Part shown: piece after piece, positions 24,813 to 37,920 of the stretch
Position numbering within the stretch: the first letter of the stretch is position 1
Layout: each line of letters opens with the position of its first letter
DNA from: Fimbriosthenelais zetlandica
Lineage: Eukaryota
Direction of reading: 5' to 3'
NCBI GenBank assembly: GCA_977030845.1
Contig: OZ365111.1
Span: 24,552,001 to 24,616,000, forward strand
DNA: 64,000 nucleotides
Position numbers and translations under genes: made by a program
Notes under the pieces: model-generated
Database searches by the model: none
Told to the model about the DNA's origin: nothing
The model's input: only the letters and a program-made list of their open reading frames with translations

Positions 24813-25327
24813 GGTAAGTCTTCCCGAATTTCACTTTAAATCTTGGTTATTTTGGCATGTAGTCTGACAGGAATGTATCTACAACTTAATCGATGATTCT
24901 TCTTCGTTATTGTGGTTGGAAACCCTGTTTCAGGTCTTTAATCGGGCTGTGAGAAGCTGAAATGAACAACTTTTTTGTGAGCAGGGACCTGTCCCTGGGT
25001 CCTTAGTCAGTTCGTGCCTGACCCTCGATACGGGCATACCCATGTTGTGCAGAGTCAGGCACGAACTGACTATGGGTCCTGGGATCATGGTCCATGGAGG
25101 TCGCTGGCATCGGGTCATGGAGCCACGGTACCCGCTATGGTGCCAGTCAGTGGTCTTCAACACTTGACCGGTTTCAACCCGCCTTTTCTGTAATGATATT
25201 GCTTTCTGGTGCTTAATTAATTAGTTGTAATCTCAATATGACAAGAGAAGGGTGAAACATGCATGGGCGATGTCTTGGTCACTGCACTGGACTGGTGATC
25301 AACTTCAGTTCAGGCCACCGCCCACTA

Positions 25328-25358
<31 letters not shown>

Positions 25359-25659
25359 TTATATAGAGGCACTAGTCTAATCTGAAACTCCACATGATCG
25401 GCTCCTACCCCCAAGCGGGACACAGGGATGGATATTTTATCTAGATCTACCTATTTTCCCAGGTCACTACTGCAGTACAGTACAGTGACCGTATCGCCTT
25501 TCCAAAACTCCCTATACATCTACTAAAAGTCTGAACAGAGATTGTCCCAAATTCTATGGTCTGCCTCACTATGTCTTGGTCTTATCAGTTGATAGTTTTT
25601 TTAATATTTGACCTTGTCATACAGTTTAGGTTTATTGTGGATGTGAATGGTAAACCACC

Positions 25660-28600
25660 ATGTCGAGGCGTAAATCAATGAAAAGTGAGAGGACAGGAGC
25701 GACTCCTGGTAGGACCGGGCAGCCCACAGCAGTATTCAACCCTGATTCTGACCTCCCTGAACCTCCCTCCGGGTATACATACATGACAACCTACACCTGG
25801 ACCATGCAGACCGACTCAAAGGAATCCTCCATGGAAATAGAGACGCCCAGGAAAGAACGGGAAGCTCCCCAAGGTAGGCCCTGATTTCAATTTTCAAGTA
25901 AAAAAAAAGTTTAAAAATACCTTTGGCTTTGGACCTAAAGTTTGATATTTTATAACACGTTAGAGAATAAAAGTATTATCAATATGGTTAACCTGACGAG
26001 ATTGAAATTGAAAATAGCCTTCATTAGATTTCAATTTGAAACTGGATATTTCTTAAAATTCGGATGCTTATCTATTAGTATTCGGATGCTGATGAAACTA
26101 GAAAAATTGTAGGAAAAATCCTTAGTTTTAAATTTGTTGATTCTAAATGAATAGTTCAATATCTCATGTTAGAGTAATACAGATTTCACCAGTGTATGTC
26201 TATAAATAAAGATTTAAAGGTTTCAAAAATATTTAAGATTTGTGTTTGTATAACATGTTTTACAGATATGAGTTTTGAGCCTATCCTGCCTGTCGAACTG
26301 GATTCTGATGAGGATCTCGGTATAGGTAGATATGAGTCACACCATCAGGCAGTTTACAAGAGAAAGTCTTGCCCAAAATGTGAGTATATATAGGCCTAGC
26401 CTGTGGGTGTTAATCTTGGAAATAAGTATATATTTCCAATAAAATAATATTCAATAAAAGATATGTATAGTTTATTGTAAAAATATAATTATACAACAAA
26501 AGTGATGCTTACAAATAACATATTTTGCAGCACATCGTCTAAGGGGGAAATTTCTAGCCCAGAGGGGATCGTCCCAGGAAGAAAAGACAGTCTGTGTGCC
26601 GGAGAAGAACACTAAGAATGAAGAGGGGGAGAAGGAAAGGGACGAGGTATTCTACTCTATGGAATGTGATAGCACCTTGTATTTCCAAGGCGGTAAGTGC
26701 ATCCTCTAATAAAGTATGTTATAGCCAAATTTTTATTGTCTATAGACCTACTTTTTGACATTTACCGGTAGTGTGTGGGTCTAATTTGCTCAAACTGTAA
26801 GTAGTATATGGGATATGTACATAGACTCAGGCTTAGTCCCATACTTCGCTGTATGTAAATTATAAATTAAACTTGAATGAATTAACTTTATGATATGAAA
26901 GAAATGATATACTAAAGAGACATGAATATGAGGCACTTTTTAATACAGATACAATTTTCTTCTTTTTTCTCAGGGAACCAAGTGTTAAACAAAGGCCTCA
27001 GAGTTAAAAATTCTACTCTGCTGGATTCTGCTCAAGCGCGTCCTGCCGCGGAAGTATTAAGAAATCTGGACCTCTCAAATATAAAAGGTGAGCAACAGTG
27101 AGAATCAGTGACTTTTCCAGCTACCTCAGGACGAGAAGGAAACAAGCTGTCGGCGCACCATGAACTGCTCTTGAACTACGGCAATGGTTTCTTTTATATA
27201 TACCTCTCACCATAGGTATGAGATAGGTGTGCCGTGCCAGGATACTGTATGGCATATACAACCTTTGATATCCCAGTTAGCAGAAATGTTAGATGGAGAA
27301 CAATTTAAATGGAACTGAGAATATGTAATATTAAAATTAGGATCTTAGAAAACAATTATATCTAAATTTTATTAGTTATCATATTTTGTGGATGAACTTA
27401 GATATGACTAATATTTTCCTTGGTTTCAGATAAAAGGATCGCGTGGAATTCTACATTGTTGGATTCGTCCAAAGCCAATAATGCTGGGGACGCTTTGGGA
27501 AAAATCGGCCTTTCCACGGTTCGAGGTAACTTCATACCCTTGAAATCATTTTTTCGTTACAATCATGAATTGTATTTTAATTAACCAAGGCCACTTGGAA
27601 GCTACGGGGCAAAATTGGCAAGATATATTTTACCTAAATCTTTTTGCGTAATATAATGAACCTTTATTTTTTATAACGTTCGTCTAGAATTGGAAACAAA
27701 AGAAGTAAATGAGATGGGAAGTCTCCAAGTGCATGAATCCATTTCAACTATACACAAAGTAGAGACTACTCCTGCCTCCAAATCGACATCAAGGACGCCC
27801 GGGTCTGCATCACTATTTTATTTGTTAATTTTGGGGTTGTTCTTCATTGTGTTCTCGAAATTTACTCTGAGTTCAACAATTGATCAAAGCTCTTCGAGCA
27901 CAGAGCACAGATGGTGTAAGTAAAGTATTCATGGTGCAGATGGTCTCGTTAAATGATTCATTTAAACGAACAAAGGTAACAGGGAATGAAATAAAATATT
28001 CTGTATTGATTTGTTATACCTAATCCAGGAGGCCCCCAAAGAAGAAGAAGGAGGTACTGACGCCAGCAAAGATACTTGATCTTGGTGAGCCTAATAATTT
28101 GTATTTTATTTAATGTCCACCAAAAATGGAGTTAAATTGGTCCCAAGAGGCTACAATTCTGGTAATGATAATATTGAAATGTTTCATTAAAATCTTCACA
28201 CCTATGAATGCAGATGGTGAAAAAAACAAAGTAAAGTTGCGACCGCGAAAGGTCAGAAGCCTAATTTGCACTATATTTTAATTTAGTTGAGTTATCCGTT
28301 CCAGTTTATTGCATACTCCCCATGAATATTTTCTGATCAGTTTCAAAGTCAAGGAGAATTATTAAAATTTTAAAGTTTTGAGAAAATTGAGGTTCTGCCA
28401 AATCCTTCATGAATGGGGATAGTGGACTAGATTCTTGGTCAACTACTCCGCCCCTTCCAGTTAAATGCCAACGAAACTTTGGGTTTTATTTCTATTTTTG
28501 TTTATCAAATTCAATACAAAATTAAAGGAAAGGAATATGAGAACTTATGTGCTGAGATCACCCAACGAACATCTGAAAAACGAAATTTTCCAGGGAGCAT

Positions 28601-29958
28601 GCATGATTTTACCAATGAACATCTAGTTGGGTTGATTAAAATGTCCTTTCACACGTTTATCTTCTTGACTAACATCAATGTTACCGCTAGATTTAAACCA
28701 ATTAAGGAGAGAGTTATTTCAAGCAGGTATAAGAATGGCATGAATTGATTTTACATTTCTCAGGCAGAAGGGTCATTATTTACCGATTATAATACAGAAT
28801 TCTAAGAAAAAAACAAACAATTATATTAATATTCGTCGTAAAACATTTTCTATATATATTTAGTTATTTATTTATAAATATTATTTACAGAATTATTTAT
28901 AAATGTATTATTGCTAATTAGAGTTCTATGACAAAGACAAGTACGCCGATAGGATGCGATATAAAGGCTCAGGAAGAAGGATTTGAAGTAAGTGTACCAC
29001 TGAAATTAAATTTACTACGGAAATTCTTATTTTCAAAAAAGTGACAATAAAAAAAAGATCATCGCTTGGGAAATCTGTCCGTCGCAGCTCAACTGAGCCA
29101 TGTTTTCTAGGAATTTTTCTCTCGTTAAATACTGTACTTATCATATATACAGTGTACTTTCTCTTGATTCCAGGGTGACCTGTCTTCAGTTAAATTTAGA
29201 AATGTCACTGGTGTTGAATTGGACATTGAAGAATCTCGCTTCGTGAACAGTGGAGAGATCCTCACTATGTCTGAATGGCATCTAAACGACAATGACGAGG
29301 TAAATGGAGCAAAATTATTACATTTTGTTTTAAGTTTAAACAATTATTTTAGTACCATTGCTACCGTTCGTAAAAATGATGATATACATGTATATAAAAG
29401 AAATAACATAATAAATTCAACGCTAAAAAATCCAAGAAAAAAGATTTGTAAAAAGGAATAGAAATTTAAAAGTAGCTAGGATACATTTGCTGATTTATTT
29501 ATGAATCTTTTGCTTCAGTCAGTTGAGGAATGTGACCTCTGCTATGACGAAGATGTTATACCATCGCCACGGAGACTGGGCGGAATGGTAGACTATGAAC
29601 TGGAGATATCCGGCATACCAGAAGGTGGGTAGGTTTTTTTATTTTTTTTTAATTTAGGATATTTATACAGCGAACAGAGGGGTTGTAGGCTCACGGGACA
29701 CAATAAATGTGGCTAGTCCATAATATTCTGCTGTTTTTCTAGGTGCAGACTAGGGAGGAGCTTTGAGTGGGTTAGTAGAAAGGTTGAGGTTGTTAGTATT
29801 ATTTTGAGTAGTGATGGATGGTGGGTTAATGGTAATGGTTTGTGCGTGCAAGGTAAAGACAAATGTAATTCTTTTTTTTTCTTCTTTTTTTTTTTACAGA
29901 TTATTTATCATTGGATCCGTTAGAAGACGATGTGTTCATGTCAGAGACAGAAAAATAA
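25660..29958 (+). CDS. MEIKIN: MEIKIN-like meiosis-specific kinetochore protein, 12 coding exons, about 421 aa
   Basis: Exons 25660-25873, 26266-26379, 26531-26692, 26974-27087, 27430-27525, 27688-27802, 28029-28084, 28214-28251, 28922-28987, 29174-29299, 29519-29624, 29900-29958 give one open frame. Motifs in order (WNSTLLDSSKA; TPGRPPKKKK; TSTP; GF..DLSSV; VNSGEI) parallel remembered human MEIKIN segments (WKNSTLLDTSKA; TPEKTKKKK; LTSTP; GFVIDLSSV; VNSNEI). The exons at 27688 (donor) and 28214 (acceptor) are the least certain. Confidence 0.65.
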
Positions 29959-31918
29959 TATATTACTTAAAGATTATTTATATCATACAACCAAACTTAA
30001 TTATAATTTAAAAATATTGTAGCTTATAAGTTAGTTGCTGATAGACTTTAATTTTAAGACTAGCTGTTGGGAGGCTCTACCATTGAGTACTGTTTATAAG
30101 AACAAAAAAATGTTTCTGAAAGTTGATTACTTTTTGCCCTTTTTTGTCGTACTTCACTATTTTGAGACATGAAACATGAAAGTAACAAAAAGTTACAATA
30201 ACAAATAACAAAAAGTTAATGTTCTCTGAAAAAGTAAATGTCTGATATTTATTTTTGTACCAAGTTTTCTTATACATGTAAAAAGTACAGAGTAGGACAA
30301 AATAAAATACGGAACAAAAAATAGTTTTACTGGTTTATTTCAACTTAGCTACATCAGTGAGGTGGAAGGAGGGATTTACCCTAATGAGGCAAATACTAGA
30401 GGCAGTCCTTAGGAAAAAGACATTTTCAACACAATGTAGTGCATGTTATTACATATGTACATAGCATATGTAAAAAGTTGGAATACGATGTAGCATTCAT
30501 ATGGTATGTAGTTCCTTTACACATTCAGACTAGGCTTAGAGTATGGAATGAGAGGAAGAAGTGACATATTGTAGACAATTTGGGAAAACTTTTCCCATGT
30601 TTTTGTTCAAAATGGTGAATGTAAAATTTCCCGAATGTGATATAAAGCATCCGATTTTAGTCTACAATTTGTATAACAAATACCTAACAGTGTAAGTGTA
30701 ACAAGTCCTATTTTATCCGGTTAGATAAAACAGCTATCAACATCTGCTCAATTTACTAAGTTTTTGTATGCAAACTGTTAAAGAAAACAATTTTCAGTGA
30801 CCTTGTCATTAGTTATGACCTACTAAAAAATATAGCTTTCCTGAGAAAGCTTAAATAAATATTGATATTTGTTATAGGAGCACTGTAGTATAGACTTTAA
30901 AAAAAATAAAAATTGTAAGATAGTGTCAGGTAAGCGATACCTCAAGAAATCGACACTACAAACTAATTTTTGATTTTCTGGATATACATATAGTGACACA
31001 TATAGGCCTATCCTTACACATATATATTAATGGGCCAAATCTGATACAGACAATTAAGTGCAAATAATGCACTACACTTATACGTAAATCTAGACTAAGT
31101 TCAGCAGTGTTAAGAAAACAAAGTTAAATTATGCAAAAACACTTATTACCCCACCTTAAGATATATTTCCTATGCACACACCGGTAAAATCCGTTAGCTA
31201 TGATTTGGATACATCTTTGGTAAAATCCCGATTACATGTCTATGTCAATGGCTTCAAAATGAACCAAACATATTAAGTTAGTTACTTAGTCAGTAATAGC
31301 CTATATCTTTTCTTCGAAGCTTTCGTATATTTTCCAATACAATTCATAACAGCAATATTTCAATACTTTAGTGATGCTAGTAATCGAGTTTATAATCACT
31401 TACCGTGTATACCCTTAAATTAATAAAAGCTCAGATATTTCTGTAACACAACTTCAACAATAGTATCACATCCTTGATACTGAAACCTTCCAAGGTTTAC
31501 AAAAGTCAAATATAAATCCAACTGAACATACTTGAATAGCTGGACGAGATCACATAAGTAGTTTAAATTAGCATCTCCAGGGTTCCTAGCTTTAGAGGAG
31601 AGAAAACTCTTTTCCAGGACCAAAATTCAAATACTTGTTTCTTTTTTGGCCGACACAAACCTGGCAAGAAATTTAGAATTTGTCGAAAATTCACATTACC
31701 GTCATTTTTCCCAGGATTATTACTGGTTTTCCAGTATAGAATTAACAAATTTTCATGTTATTCCAGAAGATTAGGAACCCTGAGATTAAGTGCAAATTGC
31801 GCAGCTAGTATTTGTGCATGGGAATGATGCAGTAGAGTAGGTGAGGCAGGGGTAGCGTAGTCAACTAGGACGAAGCCACAACACAAACTTGTCTAAGCAC
31901 AATTTCCGTTTGCCACAG

Positions 31919-34900
31919 TCAGCTGTTGAGCTTTCCTGCCATAAAATCTCTGAAAAAAATTACATTAATCATTAATTACTTTTAAATAAACGTTTCTATG
32001 AGTGTTATTACAATGCAAGAAACACGTTAATTTGAACTAAATTAAAAGAAAATGATTTTTATGAATTATTTTAAACAAAATAGGTAAAAATTAAATTGAA
32101 ACTGACTTGATAATTCTAGGGAGGTGAGGGGCTTTCCATATGTGGTCATGTCCATAGTTGTGCTGAGGTTCAAAGTTAATGAAGAAGGTCGATTTGCCAG
32201 CTTTTCCTTTAGATGCAGCCTCGTATAGCTGCGAAAAAGACACAAATTTATAATTAACAATATTAGTTTGTTTCTGATCGATAATATACTGTTTATTACT
32301 CCAAGAAAATTTGATATTGATCTGAGATGCACAAGTCAGTGCCACATATGTATGTGGCCAAACAGAGAACCAAAAAATTCGAGATTTGTAAATAAATATA
32401 TATATATACTCAAAGACTACAACATATTTCAAAGCCTACCATTTTGCCCTGAACGAAAGGCACCACGGCATCGTCCTCAGCATGTAGTATCAAGATGGGC
32501 ACTGTGATGTCCTGGATACTAATAAAAAAACAAAAATTTAAATAGGTCAATGGTTTGAAGCAATCTTCTCCTCTCTATTCTTCTCAGAGAGCAGACCAAA
32601 CATAAATCTAGGGATCTTTTAATCCATAATGTACTTACTGTTTATCATTGGCAAAGTAGATGTCATTGTACTTCAAAGATTCCACGATAACCCAAGTGAA
32701 ATATGGCATATAGCGGAATGGCTGGAAAAAGTTAAGATAAGAAATTAACAAACCATGGAAATGGAAACATGGTAAATTAATATCAGCTAATTCCATCATC
32801 AATTTAATGTTCCATAAACTCTATTGTCCATCACCGGTACATAAAACTATTAAAATTGAAATAATTTTTTTATATTTTATAAATTTTAAGCTATAGAAGA
32901 GAATCTTACCGTTGCGAGTGGGTGCTTACTGGCCGCATCAATGATGTTAGTGAAAGGTGCATCTAAGATGACACCACTGGGAGGAGTCCCTGAAAAGAAA
33001 ATTAATTTAAAAATTTACAAAATATAGGGCAAGACTCGAGATGTTACCATAAACTATTTCAGTAATACAATAACGTACCTCTCTTGCATGATCTAGCTCC
33101 TGTCTGTGTAGCAACGCTGCAAAATTAAAATTAATTCAAAAATTAGTTACTTTTACAAAACAACATAAATGTTTCAGAAATCTATTCTAGCCGAAATTAA
33201 TTATTTATGTAGTATAAAAATTCAAATGAGCTCCTAAAAATTGCCTTCTGAGAACAAATTTTTTCTAAATCAATATACTACACCTAACTTACCCAGAACC
33301 TAGTGAGTGTCCCCAGATGTAGACCGGTACTTTTCCTGAATGTTTCTTTACCCAGTCATACACAGCTAAACCGTCTTCAACTAGTCCTTCCTCACTGGGC
33401 GTCCCAGTTGAATCTCCAAAACCTGAACGATGAATTAACACACAGAAAATGTTCAAACTTTAGAATATAAGCTGCACAATACATAACTTATCTGAGTATT
33501 TCATCTGTATCATCTTACGGAAGGAATGGATAAACTTATATTTCTTATTTGATAAACAGTGAAGAAATTAATTAATTAATTTAATTAATTAATATCATAC
33601 CTCGGTAGTCTACAGCAATGACGTGATATCCAGCGTTAGCCAACACTTTGTAGATGGAAATTCGATGTGATACAGCTCTGAATAAGAATTAAATTAATTA
33701 GGATTAGGTTTATAAAGAAAAGACTTTATTTAAGAGAGAAAAAAGAGTGGCGAATGATTGAATATTTTGTGGCCAAAGGTCGAAAAAAAAATTGCCTCTC
33801 ACCATAGACAGTGGCTGGCCTTTGATATCTAAGCTAGCAGCACTGTGTGGAGAAGGACAATGGTTAATTTTTGGACAATGTTCTATAAGTGGTGTTACCT
33901 GGTGCCAGCATTGCCGTGGTAGTATATGATGATTGGTTCACCGTGCTGGAGTAAGGCTCTGTATTGTTTCCCTTCTGTCAGTTCACGATCCTGGAGGGAT
34001 TCAGGAAGAATATGCCTGAAAAATACAAACTTCAGCATTAAAAAGACTGGCATTTCAATGTGTATAGAAATTGTCATTTCAGTCAGTCCCAGGTTTGTAG
34101 CATTAGAGGAACCAAAATTCCAAAACTTCTCCAGGAGAGAATTGCCGTTTTCCAGGACCAAAATTTCTCGGCCCAAAAGGGAACCCTGCGTGCTTTCCAG
34201 AGATTCTAGAAATATCATAATGTTCTCTTACCATGCTCCAAGTTTGACGTCATCTGTTGAGGGAATAGCGAAGTTAAATGTTCCATTCAGGCCAAGACGT
34301 TCAGGTTTGGTCAAATCCACAAAGAATGGTACTTTGACTGAAAAAAAAAGAGAGAAAAGTTCAGAACATTATGTGACCTAATCATAGACTCTCCCATTTT
34401 CTTAAGAGTAATTATACGCACCAAATTATATTATTAATAAATTTGTAAGACTTACATCTATGAAGGAATGCTATTTCTGACATGATCCAAGGGTTTAACT
34501 TCACTATAGCTGGGACGAGAAAATACATGACGACAAGAGACCATGCTCCGACCTTCAGAGCTAGCAGCACCGTCCGACTGTGTGGCCTGTAATATACAAT
34601 ATTTACATCAATGATGAGTGTCAATAGTTAGCATAATTTTAGTCATTTTAAAGCTATCATGGACATAAGTGTTAATCTGAAAAGTCTTCTATATTCAATA
34701 TAATTCTTGGTACAAAGTTATTATGTTTATTGAAGTTAAGTTTATTGAAGTTCAGATACTCACCTTACACTTCCCTCTTTCATTGGTGTGGGTTTAGTAG
34801 CACTTGTGTTGCTGGGTTTAATTTTGCTCGCTGCAGCTGCCACTGTGACACACCCACCCACAAGTGTAGATGTCAAACTGGCCGCCTCAGTCTCAGAGAC

Positions 34901-35209
34901 AACACTCGCTGATGCTTCTGCCAGATAATCAGCAGGAGTTTTAATGAAAATATTATGTTCTGGAGAGCCATTAAATGTACCAGGCCCGTTATTGCCGTCC
35001 ATGTCAGCCTTACCTCGTCGGGGAGTTCGGGGACTAACCTCGGGTTCTAACTTGTTGGGGGTTGGGTCCACAGTCGCCGCGGACCCGTTCCTCCTGTCAT
35101 CGAGGTTTTGGGTCGTTTCTGAAGAGAGTTGTTGGATTTGAGATGCATCACCGCTCTGAGTCGGAGCATCCTGCTCGTCCTCACAAACCTTACCGTTCCT
35201 TAGCCTCAT
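31919..35209 (-). CDS. ABHD12: Lysophosphatidylserine lipase ABHD12, 12 coding exons
   Basis: Exons 34764-35209, 34456-34586, 34232-34337, 33899-34015, 33601-33677, 33293-33422, 33079-33116, 32910-32989, 32639-32721, 32440-32518, 32107-32228, 31919-31949. TM helix, YYHGNAGTR, DYRGFGDSTG.PSE.G, WGHSLGS nucleophile, LHAEDD, YGHDHIWK catalytic His. Confidence 0.93.
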
Positions 35210-35443
35210 TTCTGAATAGAAAACGACGAATAAACGTCAAATAACATGAGTAAAAAAGAACCCGGCGCGCCTAGGCAGCCATTTTACCGGAAGAGCCTCC
35301 CAGACAGGAACCGGAAATAGACTTACGAAGGCGCTGATTGGCTCGCTCGCAGCGGACCAATCAGAGCCTCGCTTACATCTAGACAAAATTGTTTTGGAGC
35401 GAAACTTGAAAAGGCTTGAAGCGTGACAAAACTGAAGAGGAAA
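35210..35443. promoter_or_regulatory. Bidirectional ABHD12/GINS1 promoter
   Basis: 234 bp between start codons. YY1-like GCCATTTT (35278-35285), CCGGAAG (35287), and two opposed CCAAT boxes (near 35337 and 35357). An E2F-like TTCGCGGAAAA lies just inside the GINS1 CDS. Motifs were spotted by eye only. Confidence 0.65.
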
Positions 35444-37676
35444 ATGTTCGCGGAAAAAGCATTAGAGCTGGTCAGGGAGCTACATAGATGTAGAGAAGGA
35501 ACTCTTACACCTTACAATGTAAATATGACAACATTTATTCATTTAAACACTTATAAATACACTTTTTCGGTATCTCTGCCGACACCGCGGTGCTCGATGG
35601 GCGATAATCGGGGTTGTTGCGGGAATCAACAAGCCAACCAGCGTGACATTTAGTTACCCGTTGTTACGTGCGATCAGCTGACCCCGTGACTATGCCCATA
35701 GACATAGAAATAGACTATTTCTATGTCTATGCTCTGCCTAATACAAATTGATTCTTCTAATATTTTGCAAACTGGTAATTGTGTGGTCGGGTGCTGCTAG
35801 GCTGCCACCGGGTCCGTTCATGCACGTGGCAAAAGTTTGGCAAAGGCCAAAATTTAGCCTATTGGCTGACAGTGTGGATACTGGAATGTATAATGGCATG
35901 CCTCTGGCCTGTTTCGAATCCTGGATTATACTATAAATAGATTTAAATAATATATATTATACTATAAATAAGAAAGAAGATGTTTACTATTTAATAAAAC
36001 ATATCTGAATGCCTGCTGTATTTTATTTCCTCCAGGAAGATCGTGTGCGACAAATTTTGGAGGAGATGAAAGTACTTTTTGATCAGAACCAACAAGAAGT
36101 GTGAGTATTTATGATGATTGAATTTCACAAGTACCTTTACTGAATGTGAAAATATGGAACCGATATGAAAAATTTTCTAGAGTTAGGCCTGCTAAGTTAT
36201 ACCTTTTTCTGCCTGAGATTAAAGATTACACATTACAGTGATTATCAGAATTTGTCGGGAAATTCCAAAGTGTATTTAGAATAAAGTCATGAAACTTTGA
36301 TCCTGAACATTACTGGGAACTATAAAAGTTAGTTTATTCTGCTCTCCTCTAGGGGGTCGGCATTGGCTGGTGAGCAGCAGTTTTTCCCGGGCATTCAGCT
36401 GCGCCACGCTGCGTTAGAACGTAACAAACGATGTCTCCTCGCTTACATGTGAGTAAACTGTTCATTTAATTTAATAATGTCATTTTTAAAGTGATACTGT
36501 CTCAAAAGTTTTACTAATTCCCTGATGCAAATCTGACTAAGATATAATGCGATAAAAAAAATTTAATTGTGCTGAATGTGCTCTTTTTGTTTTGTGATGT
36601 AATTGATTCCCATCATTTTGTGTAGGTGCCGACTCACGTTCTCAATATTTATGTTTTCTTAATTTTCGCGCTCTATGGTATCTGTATAGATATAACCGAC
36701 TGAGTACCATTGGTAAAATGAGGTGGGAATTCGGAAGTGTCCTCCCAGCTGATATTAAGCTCAATCTCTCGGAACAAGAGGTGAGTCATGGAATATGAAA
36801 TTGCAATTACTTCTGTTAATTATTTGATTGCATGATAATTTATAATCGCCTTCCAAAGATTATGACATAATTTTGTCATATGCAAATATATTAAAAAACA
36901 AAAAATTAATTTGCTGTTTTTGACTGGGAATATGGATTTAATTTCAGGTCCAGTGGTTTAATAAGTACAACAAATCGCTTGCCAACTACATGAGATCAAT
37001 CGGTGGAGCAGGTGGTCTAGATCTAACTCAAGACATGAAGCCTCCAAAAACTCTCTACATAGAGGTGTGTATAAAATATACGTGACCCTCCACCCCCGCA
37101 AAAAAGTCAAAAATTCCCTATACAATCTCCTATATCTCTGATAGTGTATAAGGGTAGGAGTCCGTGTCCACTGTGAGTGGGTGCCTGCCGTGGTGCCACC
37201 TGGTGTCATATCCGGGAATCTCATATAATTAACCCCGATATCTCTGAATAAGTCAGACTTTTTAGACCGAATATCATGGATAAATAGCTATGCCTACCTA
37301 TTGTAAGTTGATTTATTCACCATAGAAAGACAATAGAATTTTTACATTATTGGAAAGGTCAGAATCTCCTTGGGAATAACATGTGTTTGTGTTTCAGGTT
37401 CGTTGTCTGGTAGATCATGGGGAATTTGATACACAGGACGGCAATGTTGTAGTGCTGAAGAAAGACACACAGGTAGGAAATACATTCTAATTTATATACA
37501 TCCTCGTTATATCATTTAATCAATCAACATTTATTCCTGGCAAATTTAATTCTCCTGATACGGTATATCATGTCCAGGTAAACTTAATCTGATCTTTCCT
37601 TTTTCAGCATTTCCTGTTAAGGGCAGAATGTGAACATTTCATCCGACAAGGAGTCCTCGAGCATATCGTCCATTAA
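35444..37676 (+). CDS. GINS1: DNA replication complex GINS protein PSF1, 7 exons
   Basis: Exons 35444-35518, 36036-36100, 36353-36448, 36690-36780, 36948-37064, 37398-37472, 37608-37676. Motifs: [68 protein letters not shown]. Confidence 0.96.
35697..35731. repeat. Perfect 35-bp palindrome (17-bp arms) in GINS1 intron 1, likely a MITE remnant
   Basis: CATAGACATAGAAATAG-A-CTATTTCTATGTCTATG. Confidence 0.8.
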
Positions 37677-37739
37677 GTCTCCATTGTAGATTATAATATA
37701 AACCTCTAGACCTACCTGTACTATATTTCATTACGGTAA

Positions 37740-37920
37740 TTCATTCATTCATTCATTCATTCATTCATTCATTCATTCATTGAAATTCCTTTCTTCATTC
37801 ATTGAATTTCCTTCCTTCATTCATTGAATTTTCTTCCATTCATTCTTTCATTCATTCATTCATTCATTCATTCTTCCATTCATTCATTCTTCCATTCATT
37901 CATTCATTCATTCATTCATT
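37740..37920. repeat. (CATT)n microsatellite after the GINS1 stop
   Basis: TTCA/CATT run. Confidence 0.9.

Noticed and set aside
27803-27923. Hydrophobic TM-like segment (LFYLLILGLFFIVF) in ORF 27690-27923
   Set aside because: Lies after the in-frame donor at 27802 and is T-rich, so it is most likely intron read-through rather than a membrane anchor.
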